A stretch of 24,000 bases of DNA, taken from positions 210,526-234,525 of the forward strand of contig JABIAG010000001.1 of NCBI GenBank assembly GCA_018653365.1, read 5' to 3'. Numbering within the stretch: position 1 is the stretch's first letter; each line of letters starts with the position of its first letter. The notes below the pieces were generated by a model. The model was given only the letters and a program-made list of their open reading frames with translations. It did no database searches and was not told where the DNA came from. The position numbers and the translations under genes are program-made. This document shows, one piece after another, positions 6,863-14,879 of the stretch. Source of the stretch: Candidatus Woesearchaeota archaeon (GTDB lineage: Archaea > Nanobdellota > Nanobdellia > Woesearchaeales > JABIAG01).

Positions 6863-8200
6863 ATGATTGACATATTCTTGGTTGTTGGTTATTTTATAAT
6901 TGTATTATTTATTGGAATATATGCCTCTAGAAAAGAGAGTAAAGAGGGATTTCTTATTGGGGAACGGAAGATGGGAACCCTATCTTTGTCCTCATCAATT
7001 TCAGCAAGTCTACTAGGGGGAGGAATATTAGTAGCATATGCAGCCTATGTTTACCAGTATGGAATGTCAGCAATGTGGTTATTTCTTGGATTAGCAGTGG
7101 GACTTGTAATGTTGTTATTATACGGGAAGAAGATAAAACATTTCGCTGACAGAAAACAACTCTACACAATTTCTGATTATTTTAAAGAATTATACGGGAA
7201 ATCAACAGGGTTAGTAACAACTTTAGTGATTATCTTGGTTTTTATCTTCATGGTGGTTATAGAATTTATTGCAGGTGGAAAAATGCTAAGTAGCCTGTTC
7301 GGAACTTCATATGCATTTGCAGTTTTGATAATGGCAATAATAATTTTAGTCTATTTAATTCTGGGCGGATTTAAATCTGTAGTTAAAACAGATGCATTTC
7401 AGTACTTAATTGCGTTATTGTTCGGAATTATTATAACTTTTGTACTCTTTGGAAAAACTACCTTGCCATTAAAAGAATTCAGTCTGGGGACAATGGGTTG
7501 GGGTAATTCAATAGCCTTTGTGATTATTGGGGCATTTGCAGTTTTTGCTGCAGCCGATATGTGGCAAAGGATATATGCAGCTAAAAGTGTAAAAGTTGCT
7601 AAAAAGTCTATGGGTTGGGCAATACTTCTTGTTTTGATATTCGGGTTTATAATTGCAATAGTTGGAATTGCTGCCAAGGTTAACTTTTCAGGATTAAATC
7701 CCCAAGATGCGATGGTTTATGGACTTTCAAATTTATTACCTACTGGAATTTTAGGATTAGGTCTGGTGCTGTTGTTTGCAGCAATAATGTCATCAATAGA
7801 TACGGGATTATTTATTTTGGGAATGGGAATCTCAAAAGATATCACTGGATCTTTTAAAACAATAACAAAAGAAAAACTTGTAAGAATTACAAGATACTCC
7901 ATATTCTGCTTTGTTGTACTTACGGTCTTGATCTCATTATTCTTTCAAAATGTGGTTTCAATAGCACTTGTTTTCGCAAGCATTAATCTAGCATTAATTC
8001 CCGCACTAATTGGAAGTTTTCACTTCAACTTGAAGGGAAAAGCAGTATTTTGGAGCATTCTTATTGGGTTGATATCAGTTCCAATCGCATTGCCCTTTTT
8101 AGGTGTAACCCCTGAAAGTGCAGTAATTTCTTTGCCTGTGGCTTTGATTGTGTTGTTAGTTGGACAAGCAATATTTAAAAAGAATAAAACTCTAATTTAA
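6863..8200 (+). CDS. sodium:solute symporter family (SSF) transporter
   Basis: 445-aa polytopic protein. The N-terminal pattern YFIIVLFIGIYASRK...FLIGERKMGTLSLSSSISASLLGGG is typical of SSF (PutP/PanF-like) carriers. GAGGG precedes the ATG. Confidence 0.8.
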   Translation: MIDIFLVVGYFIIVLFIGIYASRKESKEGFLIGERKMGTLSLSSSISASLLGGGILVAYAAYVYQYGMSAMWLFLGLAVGLVMLLLYGKKIKHFADRKQLYTISDYFKELYGKSTGLVTTLVIILVFIFMVVIEFIAGGKMLSSLFGTSYAFAVLIMAIIILVYLILGGFKSVVKTDAFQYLIALLFGIIITFVLFGKTTLPLKEFSLGTMGWGNSIAFVIIGAFAVFAAADMWQRIYAAKSVKVAKKSMGWAILLVLIFGFIIAIVGIAAKVNFSGLNPQDAMVYGLSNLLPTGILGLGLVLLFAAIMSSIDTGLFILGMGISKDITGSFKTITKEKLVRITRYSIFCFVVLTVLISLFFQNVVSIALVFASINLALIPALIGSFHFNLKGKAVFWSILIGLISVPIALPFLGVTPESAVISLPVALIVLLVGQAIFKKNKTLI

Positions 8201-8203
8201 GAA

Positions 8204-9019
8204 ATGTTCAAAAATATACTGTTTTGGTGCGAGTTTCCTGAACGGATAAACTGGCAAAAATTAAATACGTTCTTTAAGAATCAGGATTTTGTTGCAGATA
8301 TTGGTATTGTATGCACAAGTAAACAAGACTACTTAGGTAAAGCAAAAAATATTAGTAAACTAAGTAATGTTAAACTAAAACGTGCCTGGCCGGTTTTGTC
8401 GAAGCTAGAGGGTTACTGGTTCTCATCACAAACATCACGAAAATCAATTGATAGTTTAGATCAGTACAAAGGAATGAAAATTAAGCTTGATATTGAACCC
8501 CCTCTTCCTACAATAAACTCATATAAACGAAATAAATTTGTGATGGATGCTTGGTTAGCAAGTCAAATGTTTAAAAAAGGAAAAAATCAAAAATATTTGT
8601 GGAAAAAAGTTCACGAATTGATAAAATCTGGTGATGTGATGTTATCTACTTTTTCATTTCCAAGATTCATAGCTAAAAGAATGGGGGTGTTGTATGATAA
8701 AAAATTAAGTTACAATTATATTTACTATTCTTCTTTTATCCCTAAATTTTTAAGAGGGTTGTATAATGCGTACATGTCACGATTCATTAAACAAAAATTG
8801 AAGTTTGATTCAGAAACTTATTTTGCTGTGGGGTTGTTGACCCCTGGAATATTTAATGACGAACCTTGTTATAAACTTATTTCTGAACTTGATCATGATT
8901 TGAAATTTTTACTTAAACGAGGAGTTAAGAATTGTGTGGTGTTTAGGTTAGGAAGTTTCTTGGAGCTTAAGGATTCTGCGCGTTGGTTAAAAGTTATAAA
9001 AAAGTATTCTCAACATTGA
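8204..9019 (+). CDS. hypothetical protein, probably co-transcribed with the symporter
   Basis: 271-aa ORF starting 3 nt after the symporter stop. I recognised no motif. Confidence 0.55.
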   Translation: MFKNILFWCEFPERINWQKLNTFFKNQDFVADIGIVCTSKQDYLGKAKNISKLSNVKLKRAWPVLSKLEGYWFSSQTSRKSIDSLDQYKGMKIKLDIEPPLPTINSYKRNKFVMDAWLASQMFKKGKNQKYLWKKVHELIKSGDVMLSTFSFPRFIAKRMGVLYDKKLSYNYIYYSSFIPKFLRGLYNAYMSRFIKQKLKFDSETYFAVGLLTPGIFNDEPCYKLISELDHDLKFLLKRGVKNCVVFRLGSFLELKDSARWLKVIKKYSQH

Positions 9020-9077
9020 AAAACTTTTTATATGATTAGTTGGCACATTTTATTATACTTATTGGAGGTAAGAAAAA

Positions 9078-9455
9078 ATGGAAGAAGAAATGAATAATCA
9101 AGAAACAACTGAAGAGGAACAAACAGAAGCTCCTGTAGAAGAAACAACTGAAGAAGCACCTGCTGAGGAAGCAAGTGAAGATGCAGCTGAAGAACCTGCT
9201 GAAGAGGCGAGTGAAGAAGCTGCTGAAGAGGAATCATCCGAAGCTGAAGAAGAACCTGCTGAAGAGGCTACAGAAGAAGCACCTGCTGAGGAAGCAAGTG
9301 AAGAAGCTGCTGAAGAACCTGCTGAAGAGGCTACAGAAGAAGCACCTGCTGAGGAAGCAAGTGAAGAAGCTGCTGAAGAACCATCAACAGAATCTGATGA
9401 GTTTGATGTTGGCGAAGAAAAATCAGAAGAATCTTCAGAAGATTCAGAACTATAA
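9078..9455 (+). CDS. highly acidic Glu/Ala/Pro-rich repeat protein (predicted disordered)
   Basis: GGAGGT lies 8-13 nt upstream of the ATG. The ORF encodes repeated EEAPAEEASEEAAEEPAEEAT units. The other frames of the repeat (9175..9462 +, 9028..9237 -) are by-products. Confidence 0.6.
   Translation: MEEEMNNQETTEEEQTEAPVEETTEEAPAEEASEDAAEEPAEEASEEAAEEESSEAEEEPAEEATEEAPAEEASEEAAEEPAEEATEEAPAEEASEEAAEEPSTESDEFDVGEEKSEESSEDSEL
9249..9374 (+). repeat. 2 identical 63-nt tandem repeats, with degenerate copies upstream from ~9130, inside the acidic protein gene
   Basis: GAAGAACCTGCTGAAGAGGCTACAGAAGAAGCACCTGCTGAGGAAGCAAGTGAAGAAGCTGCT occurs at 9249-9311 and again at 9312-9374. Confidence 0.85.
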
Positions 9456-9480
9456 ATTCTGATTATTTTTTTTATTTTTT

Positions 9481-10041
9481 TTAAAATTCTTGATCTTTTT
9501 TATCTAAAATTGCAATAGTTGTTGAAACATCCTGTTCTTTTATTTTATATTTAATTAGTTGACTTAGTTCAGATAATGTTTGAATGTTATTTCGTATTTT
9601 CACATCATTATGTAAAATATAAATTAACCTTCCAGTAGGATTTAAATTAGCTAAACATTTTGTTAATAACCCTTCAATGTCAAATTCAGACACTTTCTTT
9701 TCATAAAAGTCATTACAAATTATTATGTCAAAGCTTTCTTTGAAGGTATAGTTAACAACATCTTCCGAAGAAAAATTGTGAGTAAATTTTGAAAGATTTC
9801 GTTTTGCTTCATCAATAACTTCAGTTTTTTTATCAATTCCAAAAGGAATTAAGTCAAATTCGCTGAATTCACAAATAAATTTGAGTAACATACCATTACC
9901 ACAACCTAAATCCAAAATTTTGCCTGATTGGTTAATGAATTTAAGAAGAGCATGATATTCTACGTACGGCGGACTTAAATGCCCATTAAGTTTAGCTGAA
10001 AATGCGTTTTCATGAATTTTAAACCATTCAATATACTGCAT
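9481..10041 (-). CDS. class I SAM-dependent methyltransferase
   Basis: Motif I ILDLGCGNGML, followed by an acidic post-I residue and a DIIICND-type motif. 186 aa. Confidence 0.75.
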   Translation of the reverse strand: MQYIEWFKIHENAFSAKLNGHLSPPYVEYHALLKFINQSGKILDLGCGNGMLLKFICEFSEFDLIPFGIDKKTEVIDEAKRNLSKFTHNFSSEDVVNYTFKESFDIIICNDFYEKKVSEFDIEGLLTKCLANLNPTGRLIYILHNDVKIRNNIQTLSELSQLIKYKIKEQDVSTTIAILDKKDQEF

Positions 10042-10105
10042 ATTTGTTATTAAACCGAATACTTTTTAAATGTATTTCGACTCTTAATAACTGCTATGCA
10101 GGTAT

Positions 10106-10229
10106 GGCGGTGTAGCATAGTCTGGTCTATTGCGCTGGACTCATATCAATGAGTGATGAGCATTTATGCGATGAAATAACTTTTGCGTAAGAAATCCAGA
10201 GGTCGGGCGTTCAAATCCCCTCACCGCCA
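10106..10229 (+). tRNA. tRNA-Met(CAT), elongator-type (or Ile2-CAU), with a 48-nt intron at the canonical 37/38 position (10146-10193)
   Basis: Acceptor GGCGGTG/CACCGCC plus A. D arm GCAT-AGTCTGGTCTA-TTGC. Anticodon stem CTGGA/TCCAG with loop CT-CAT-A...A. T arm GGGCG-TTCAAAT-CCCCT (one C:C mismatch). The intron's ATGAGT pairs with ACTCAT of the anticodon loop. The G1:C72 pair argues against an initiator. Confidence 0.8.
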
Positions 10230-10239
10230 TTTTTTTAAA

Positions 10240-10722
10240 ATGACCAAAATTTATTCTCAACAAGAACTGGCTGAAGTAATAGCTAAATTAAAACAAGAAG
10301 GGAAAAAAGTAGTAACGACAAACGGAACATTTGACATTCTTCATCTCGCACATGTAAAAATTTTAGAAAAAGCTAACGAGTTAGGTGATGTTTTAGTTGT
10401 ATTAGTGAATTCTGACAGCTCGGTTAGAGAGAATAAGGGACCAAATAGGCCAATCGTTCCACAAGAAGAAAGAATGCAAATGTTGGCCTCCTTAGAATGT
10501 GTTGATTATGTAACCTGGTTCGATGAACAAGAAGTGGTTGAACCTCTAGCGAGATTAAAACCCTCTATCCATGCAAAGGGAGGGACATATATTCAGGAAA
10601 GAGTTGCGAAAGAACAAGAAGTAATGAAAGAAAATAAGGGTGAGTGGATAAACTTTGAGGTAGTTGAGGGGTATTCTACAACGAACGTTATTGAAAAAGT
10701 ATTGGATGTTTATAAAAAATAA
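10240..10722 (+). CDS. cytidylyltransferase-fold nucleotidyltransferase, most like RfaE/HldE domain II (D-beta-D-heptose 1-phosphate adenylyltransferase); RibL-type FAD synthase is the alternative
   Basis: VVTTNGTFDILHLAHVKILEKANELGDVLVVLVNSDSSVRENKGPNRPIVPQEERMQMLASLECVDYV...KPSIHAKGGTY matches the GxFDxxHxGH motif and the SDxSVxxxKGxxRPxxxxxxR pattern. I moved the start to ATG 10240 because the longer track ORF overlaps the tRNA-Met. Confidence 0.8.
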   Translation: MTKIYSQQELAEVIAKLKQEGKKVVTTNGTFDILHLAHVKILEKANELGDVLVVLVNSDSSVRENKGPNRPIVPQEERMQMLASLECVDYVTWFDEQEVVEPLARLKPSIHAKGGTYIQERVAKEQEVMKENKGEWINFEVVEGYSTTNVIEKVLDVYKK

Positions 10723-10760
10723 TAGAAAATTTTAAAAATCAATTCTGACTTGCGAGTTTA

Positions 10761-11651
10761 ATGAATGGGGTTCAATATGTTTCACTTTTATCCTCGAGCC
10801 ATTCCGGGTCTACTTTGTTAAGTATGTTAATGGCAGCTAATCCTAAAATTAGAAGTTTCGGAGATACATATCACAATTCAAATAAAGTAGTGTGCAGTTG
10901 TAATACTACTGTTAATAGGTGCAAATTTAGAAATGAAATTAATGAAAAATTAAAAAAGAAAGGTTTCAAGTTTGATTGGAAAAACCCCCTATATCCTCAC
11001 TTACTTTTTGATAAATTTAAACCCGCTTTTGTTAGAAAAACAAAACTGTTTAGGCTATATGTTAACTTGCCAAACTTTCTTAAAAAAATAATATATAATA
11101 AGAAAATAAAATTAGAATGCAACTTTGTAGATTCTTTAAAAGAAATAAACGATTTTTCATTATATTTTGATGGAAGCAAAAGCATAGTTCGTTTTGAAAC
11201 ACTAAAACAATTTGATAAAAACATTAAACTAATACATCTAATCAAGAGTCCGTATTCTTTCATTAATTCCTGTATCAAACACAAAAAAACAAATCTTTCG
11301 AGATGTCTTGAGGGTTGGCTAACTTATAACAATACGGTTAGAGAGTACAAAAAAGAATTAAAACATAATTATTTATTAATTAAATATGAAGAACTCGCAT
11401 CTAATCCAACAAAAGTTCTTAAAAAAATCTATAAGTTTATTGACATACCTGCATTTATACCTGATAATATAGAAAAAGAAAAAATGCATGTTTTAGGGAG
11501 CGAAATCAGATTTAAGTTAAATGATATATCTGACATCCAAAATAAGAATAAAGACCCTAAAAAAGTTTTAACTCCTAATATGATACGTTATGTTAATAAT
11601 AAGATTAAAGATATATTTTGGATTAAACAACTTTTCCCAAAAGTAGAATAA
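10761..11651 (+). CDS. sulfotransferase family protein
   Basis: The N-terminal LSSSHSGSTLLSMLMA resembles the 5'-PSB (PAPS-binding) loop xxRSGSTLL of Stf0-like sulfotransferases. The size (296 aa) fits. Confidence 0.6.
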   Translation: MNGVQYVSLLSSSHSGSTLLSMLMAANPKIRSFGDTYHNSNKVVCSCNTTVNRCKFRNEINEKLKKKGFKFDWKNPLYPHLLFDKFKPAFVRKTKLFRLYVNLPNFLKKIIYNKKIKLECNFVDSLKEINDFSLYFDGSKSIVRFETLKQFDKNIKLIHLIKSPYSFINSCIKHKKTNLSRCLEGWLTYNNTVREYKKELKHNYLLIKYEELASNPTKVLKKIYKFIDIPAFIPDNIEKEKMHVLGSEIRFKLNDISDIQNKNKDPKKVLTPNMIRYVNNKIKDIFWIKQLFPKVE

Positions 11652-11712
11652 GTTTTTCCTGAATTCTACTTGTTAAAATGATGTTGGTTGAGGTTATAAA
11701 AAATAAAATGCT

Positions 11713-11734
11713 CAGAAAACAAGTATGTTTTCTG
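11713..11734. terminator. 8-bp stem hairpin between convergent genes, flanked by T/A runs
   Basis: CAGAAAAC-AAGTAT-GTTTTCTG. Oligo-T runs lie on both strands nearby (minus-strand TTTTTTTATTT right after the 11765 stop). Confidence 0.3.
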
Positions 11735-11764
11735 GCACGACTAAAGTCAAATAAAAAAATTCCC

Positions 11765-12475
11765 TTAATAAGGGAATGGAGGTATTACTGGAGTGCTGGT
11801 TTCTAGAGTGGGTTCAAACTCATCCCAATATTTGATTAATACAGGGTAAGCTGCGAAATCATCTTCAGTTTCTTCCCAATCAAGAAAATCTCCATAAATA
11901 TTTTCCCATTCTTTAGAATATGAGTCCCACATATACATGCTTTCCATGTATGATGTGCCATCACGTTCATGAATGTTGAAATGAGCTCCAGGATAATTTT
12001 TTTGCATCTGAGGAAGAAGCACATAAAAGTTCCAACCATCAGCAAATTCAATACGGGTTTCTTGAATGGTTTCTAAGACCTCATCAGATTCAACTCTAAG
12101 AACCATGTTAGTATCTTCTTCCATGTAAACCCAAATTGAGGTAAATCCCATCACATCTACAACATACTCCAGTTCGTCATCATCTTCCATGATATCATAG
12201 AAAACTCGGTCATAAGGGTGGTAAATGTAGGCTGCCAGGAGATTTTCTTCAAAATCTCGGGAATAATCCATTTCAACACCATCTCCGTATGGAAGTAGGT
12301 TCCAACCCTCAGAAAGATATATGTTGCGCGTATTGTAATCCTCATCATAACCTTGAACTGCATAGTCAACATCAGTTACTTGTTCAATGTTATTAACTTC
12401 TAAAATGCTATCTGCACTAACTAAAGCAGTACTGCAAAGCATAAGAAGCATTAACATAAAAAATAGTTTTTTCAT
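11765..12475 (-). CDS. secreted acidic protein, unknown function
   Basis: Sec-type signal peptide MKKLFFMLMLLMLCSTALVSA/DS. The mature part is rich in D/E/Y/W. A 4-nt overlap (ATGA type) links it to the upstream small membrane ORF. Confidence 0.6.
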   Translation of the reverse strand: MKKLFFMLMLLMLCSTALVSADSILEVNNIEQVTDVDYAVQGYDEDYNTRNIYLSEGWNLLPYGDGVEMDYSRDFEENLLAAYIYHPYDRVFYDIMEDDDELEYVVDVMGFTSIWVYMEEDTNMVLRVESDEVLETIQETRIEFADGWNFYVLLPQMQKNYPGAHFNIHERDGTSYMESMYMWDSYSKEWENIYGDFLDWEETEDDFAAYPVLIKYWDEFEPTLETSTPVIPPFPY

Positions 12476-12687
12476 TTTATTGCCTCCGGTATTGTTGGTG
12501 GTGGTACAAGACTTTCATTCTTGTCCGCTAGTATTTGAGAAAAACTTTTATTATTATCACTAACCTTCTCTGAAGTATTAACAGAATCAACTTCTTGCAG
12601 GCCGGATGTAGTGTAATAAAACATTCCAACTAACAATAAAATTAATGTAATCAATACGCCCATTGTTATTAATAATGTTTTTCTCAT
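12472..12687 (-). CDS. small single-pass membrane protein
   Basis: 71 aa with an N-terminal TM helix (LLITMGVLITLILLLVGMFYY). It appears translationally coupled to the downstream secreted protein. Confidence 0.45.
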   Translation of the reverse strand: MRKTLLITMGVLITLILLLVGMFYYTTSGLQEVDSVNTSEKVSDNNKSFSQILADKNESLVPPPTIPEAIK

Positions 12688-12721
12688 AAGGTTGGTTAAT
12701 TGGGGTGTATGTAAGAAGGCA

Positions 12722-12742
12722 TGTTGTCTAAAACCGACAACA
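12722..12742. promoter_or_regulatory. perfect 7-bp inverted repeat TGTTGTC-N7-GACAACA, candidate operator
   Basis: It lies in the 96-bp divergent intergenic region, just upstream of the TATA-like box of the TrmB gene. Confidence 0.35.
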
Positions 12743-12746
12743 AAGC

Positions 12747-12761
12747 AAAAAGTATAAAAAG
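12747..12761 (+). promoter_or_regulatory. TATA-like box AAAAGTATAAAAAGA for the TrmB-family gene
   Basis: It is centred about 29 bp upstream of ATG 12784, which fits a leaderless or short-leader archaeal mRNA. Confidence 0.4.
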
Positions 12762-12783
12762 AGATTCATGTTATCTATAGAAA

Positions 12784-13515
12784 ATGGAATTAATCAAAGA
12801 ATTAGAGGAATTGGGATTGGATGACAATGAGATAAAAGTCTATCAATCTTGCTTGAGACTGGGAGACTCAAAAGTACACGACGTATCAAAAGAGAGCCAA
12901 CTAATTAGAACAACTACTTATGGTGTGTTGAAATCACTTATCGAGAAAGGAATTGTTTCGTCAATAAATAAAGAGGGAGTTAACTTTTTTCAGGCAGTAA
13001 ACCCCGAACAACTAATATATATCCTGGATCGTAAAAAAGAAAAAATTCAGGGAATCATACCAAAATTAAAAGAAATAGCAAATACTTCTTCACCCTTCCC
13101 TAAAGTTCGTTTCTTTGAGGGAGAAAGTGGAGTAAAAGCAATATTTGACGATTTACTAAAACAAAAAAATGCAGAAGTTAAACACATTGGAATAGTAAAA
13201 GAATGGTTTGAGTTAGCAAGAGTGGCAGCAATAATATTTTACAGAAAGAAAAAAGAACAAGGAGTAAAAACTCGTTCTATCGTACCCGATTTAAAAAAAC
13301 AACGAGAGGCATGTAAAAATAAACTAGTTAAAAATGCAGACTTTCGATTTTTCCCAGGATTAGAAATGAAAGGTTCTATGTTTATCTCACCAACAAACGT
13401 AGCTTTTGTAAGTAATCAGGGAGGTAACATAAGAGGATTTGAGATTGAAGACGCTGAATATGTCAAATTACAAAACTTCTTATTTGAAGAATTATGGGAA
13501 AAAGGAAAAAAATGA
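12784..13515 (+). CDS. TrmB-family transcriptional regulator
   Basis: The N-terminal wHTH LEELGLDDNEIKVYQSCLRLGDSKVHDVSKESQLIRTTTYGVLKSLIEKGIVS is typical of TrmB. A C-terminal effector-like domain follows. Confidence 0.8.
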   Translation: MELIKELEELGLDDNEIKVYQSCLRLGDSKVHDVSKESQLIRTTTYGVLKSLIEKGIVSSINKEGVNFFQAVNPEQLIYILDRKKEKIQGIIPKLKEIANTSSPFPKVRFFEGESGVKAIFDDLLKQKNAEVKHIGIVKEWFELARVAAIIFYRKKKEQGVKTRSIVPDLKKQREACKNKLVKNADFRFFPGLEMKGSMFISPTNVAFVSNQGGNIRGFEIEDAEYVKLQNFLFEELWEKGKK

Positions 13516-14375
13516 AGCAAAAAAACAAAAAATGGTTAGTTATTGGAATAATAATTCTGTTGGGAATACTTTATCTAAACTATGATTATACGTCAACTAA
13601 AATAAAAAACAAAATAATTGCGAAAGAGGTAGATCAAGCACCAGGAGTCGCTCCTGCCGGAACAAGACCATTAATACTTCTACACGGATTTAATCCACTC
13701 TCAAGTTCAAGAATAGCAGAATTATCATTTAAAGAAATGCAAAAAGATATTGAAGAAGATCTAGGGTATGTAAACAAAGGACTGCTAACAGATACAACTA
13801 CCTGTGCAGAACTAAGATACTCACAAGAACCAATAGTAATAAGGGCATCATACTTCGAAAAAATGGAACTAGCAGAAGTAGAAGAGTATACACAGAATTT
13901 AAACGAAATTATTAACGTAGTATTGAATTGTACTGGAGCAGAACAGGTAGATGTTATAACCCATTCAATGGGGGGGATAGTTGTACGACAGTATCTAAAA
14001 ACAATTAATAATAAAACAATCAATACCGTTGTGATGCTGGGAACGCCTAATAAAGGGGGATTGTACAATGTTGGAAAATCAACAAACTGGTTTATTAAAG
14101 AGGGAGAATCAAAAATAAATGTTGATGTATTACAATTATCTGAGAATCATGAATTTATGCAGGAACTGAATTCAGAAAATGAAACCTTTCCTCATATAAA
14201 CTATTACACTATTGCTGGAAACTTTGACGGAAAAGGGGATGGAATAGTATTAGAAGAATCTGTGAAATTAAATGGCGTTCCACACTTGACAGTAAAGTGC
14301 GAACACATAAGTTTAAAACATCCTTCTTTGTGTCCTGAAGCGTATGAACTTGTGAAAATAGTGTTTAAAAAGTAA
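13494..14375 (+). CDS. alpha/beta-hydrolase, lipase/esterase-like (Bacillus LipA / PGAP1-like), N-terminally membrane-anchored
   Basis: Oxyanion region PLILLHGFN, nucleophile elbow VITHSMGG (GxSxG) and TM helix WLVIGIIILLGILYL. The alternative start ATG 13512 forms an ATGA overlap with the TrmB stop and may be the true start. Confidence 0.75.
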   Translation: MGKRKKMKQKNKKWLVIGIIILLGILYLNYDYTSTKIKNKIIAKEVDQAPGVAPAGTRPLILLHGFNPLSSSRIAELSFKEMQKDIEEDLGYVNKGLLTDTTTCAELRYSQEPIVIRASYFEKMELAEVEEYTQNLNEIINVVLNCTGAEQVDVITHSMGGIVVRQYLKTINNKTINTVVMLGTPNKGGLYNVGKSTNWFIKEGESKINVDVLQLSENHEFMQELNSENETFPHINYYTIAGNFDGKGDGIVLEESVKLNGVPHLTVKCEHISLKHPSLCPEAYELVKIVFKK

Positions 14376-14450
14376 AAATGATATGTTTTTAATTTTAGAA
14401 AAATTTAAATACTTATTAATAAGATTTTATAAAAATTAGGAGGGATATTT

Positions 14451-14717
14451 ATGGGAAAAGAAGAATGGTGGGTAATTGATACCGAAGGAGATGAAGGTGC
14501 TCGTACGTTTGAGGTGACAATAAAACACTCCAGAGGCGCACTTGATGGCGAAACAGTAACTTTAGGTGTGATGCAAATTTTGGAATTTAATGCAAGGAAA
14601 GTGGAAGTTATATTTACAAGTAATCTGCACTTTTTACCGCTTGAAGATGAAATGACTGAAAGAGCATATACAAAATTCGTAAAACGAATTTCATTAAGGA
14701 CTGGTGAGCGACCTTAA
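14451..14717 (+). CDS. hypothetical small protein
   Basis: 88-aa ORF with a strong SD-like AGGAGGG 6-12 nt upstream of the ATG. I recognised no motif. Confidence 0.5.
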   Translation: MGKEEWWVIDTEGDEGARTFEVTIKHSRGALDGETVTLGVMQILEFNARKVEVIFTSNLHFLPLEDEMTERAYTKFVKRISLRTGERP

Positions 14718-14740
14718 TTTTTTCTTTTTTATATTTTTTT
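14718..14740 (+). terminator. oligo-T tracts (T6, T6, T7), candidate archaeal terminator
   Basis: They start immediately after the TAA at 14715-14717. Confidence 0.4.
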
Positions 14741-14751
14741 ATAATTAAAAA

Positions 14752-14825
14752 CGCCCCTGCGGAGATTTGAACTCCGGTCTTTAGCTCCGCAAGCTAATAT
14801 TCTATCCAAGCTATACTACAAGGGC
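14752..14825 (-). tRNA. tRNA-Arg (anticodon GCG), no intron
   Basis: Minus strand: acceptor GCCCTTG/CAGGGGC plus G. D loop contains TTGGATAGA. Anticodon stem TTAGC/GCTAA with loop TT-GCG-GA. T arm CGGAG-TTCAAAT-CTCCG. 74 nt. Confidence 0.85.
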
Positions 14826-14879
14826 AAAGTTTAAATAAGATTAGTCCTGATGTTTATATTGTTTTTGGAGGTAATTAAG

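Noticed and set aside
9028-9462. Alternative-frame ORFs of the acidic repeat (9175..9462 +, Lys-rich; 9028..9237 -, Leu/Gln-rich), and the idea of a CRISPR-like array
   Set aside because: The repeats are contiguous with no spacers, and their 63-nt period is divisible by 3. The frame that starts behind the GGAGGT site is 9078..9455. The other frames are repeat artefacts.
10146-10193. Possible box C/D sRNA inside the 48-nt tRNA-Met intron. It contains GTGATGA at 10153-10159 and CGATGAA further on. The same GTGATGA heptamer occurs in the tRNA-Ser remnant (minus strand, 19550..19544).
   Set aside because: There is no CTGA D or D' box in the intron or next to the remnant, and 48 nt is too short for a full C/D/C'/D' unit. 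The heptamer partly reflects anticodon-intron pairing (ATGAGT). Revisit only if RNA-seq shows a stable intron-derived RNA.
10183-10239. N-terminal extension (MRKKSRGRAFKSPHRHFFK) of the nucleotidyltransferase ORF
   Set aside because: It is read through the 3' exon of tRNA-Met. The conserved protein starts at ATG 10240.
13634-14068. 144-aa antisense ORF inside the alpha/beta-hydrolase gene. Similar nested or antisense track ORFs occur at 692..946, 1175..1462, 2134..2460, 5030..5221, 5692..5895, 6954..7169, 7399..7677, 7717..7902, 10997..11284, 11836..12051, 12157..12372, 16795..16989, 17267..17452, 19111..19370, 20083..20328, 20550..20837 and 23026..23271.
   Set aside because: Each lies inside a longer ORF with recognisable motifs or better context. 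None has a motif or an SD-like site.
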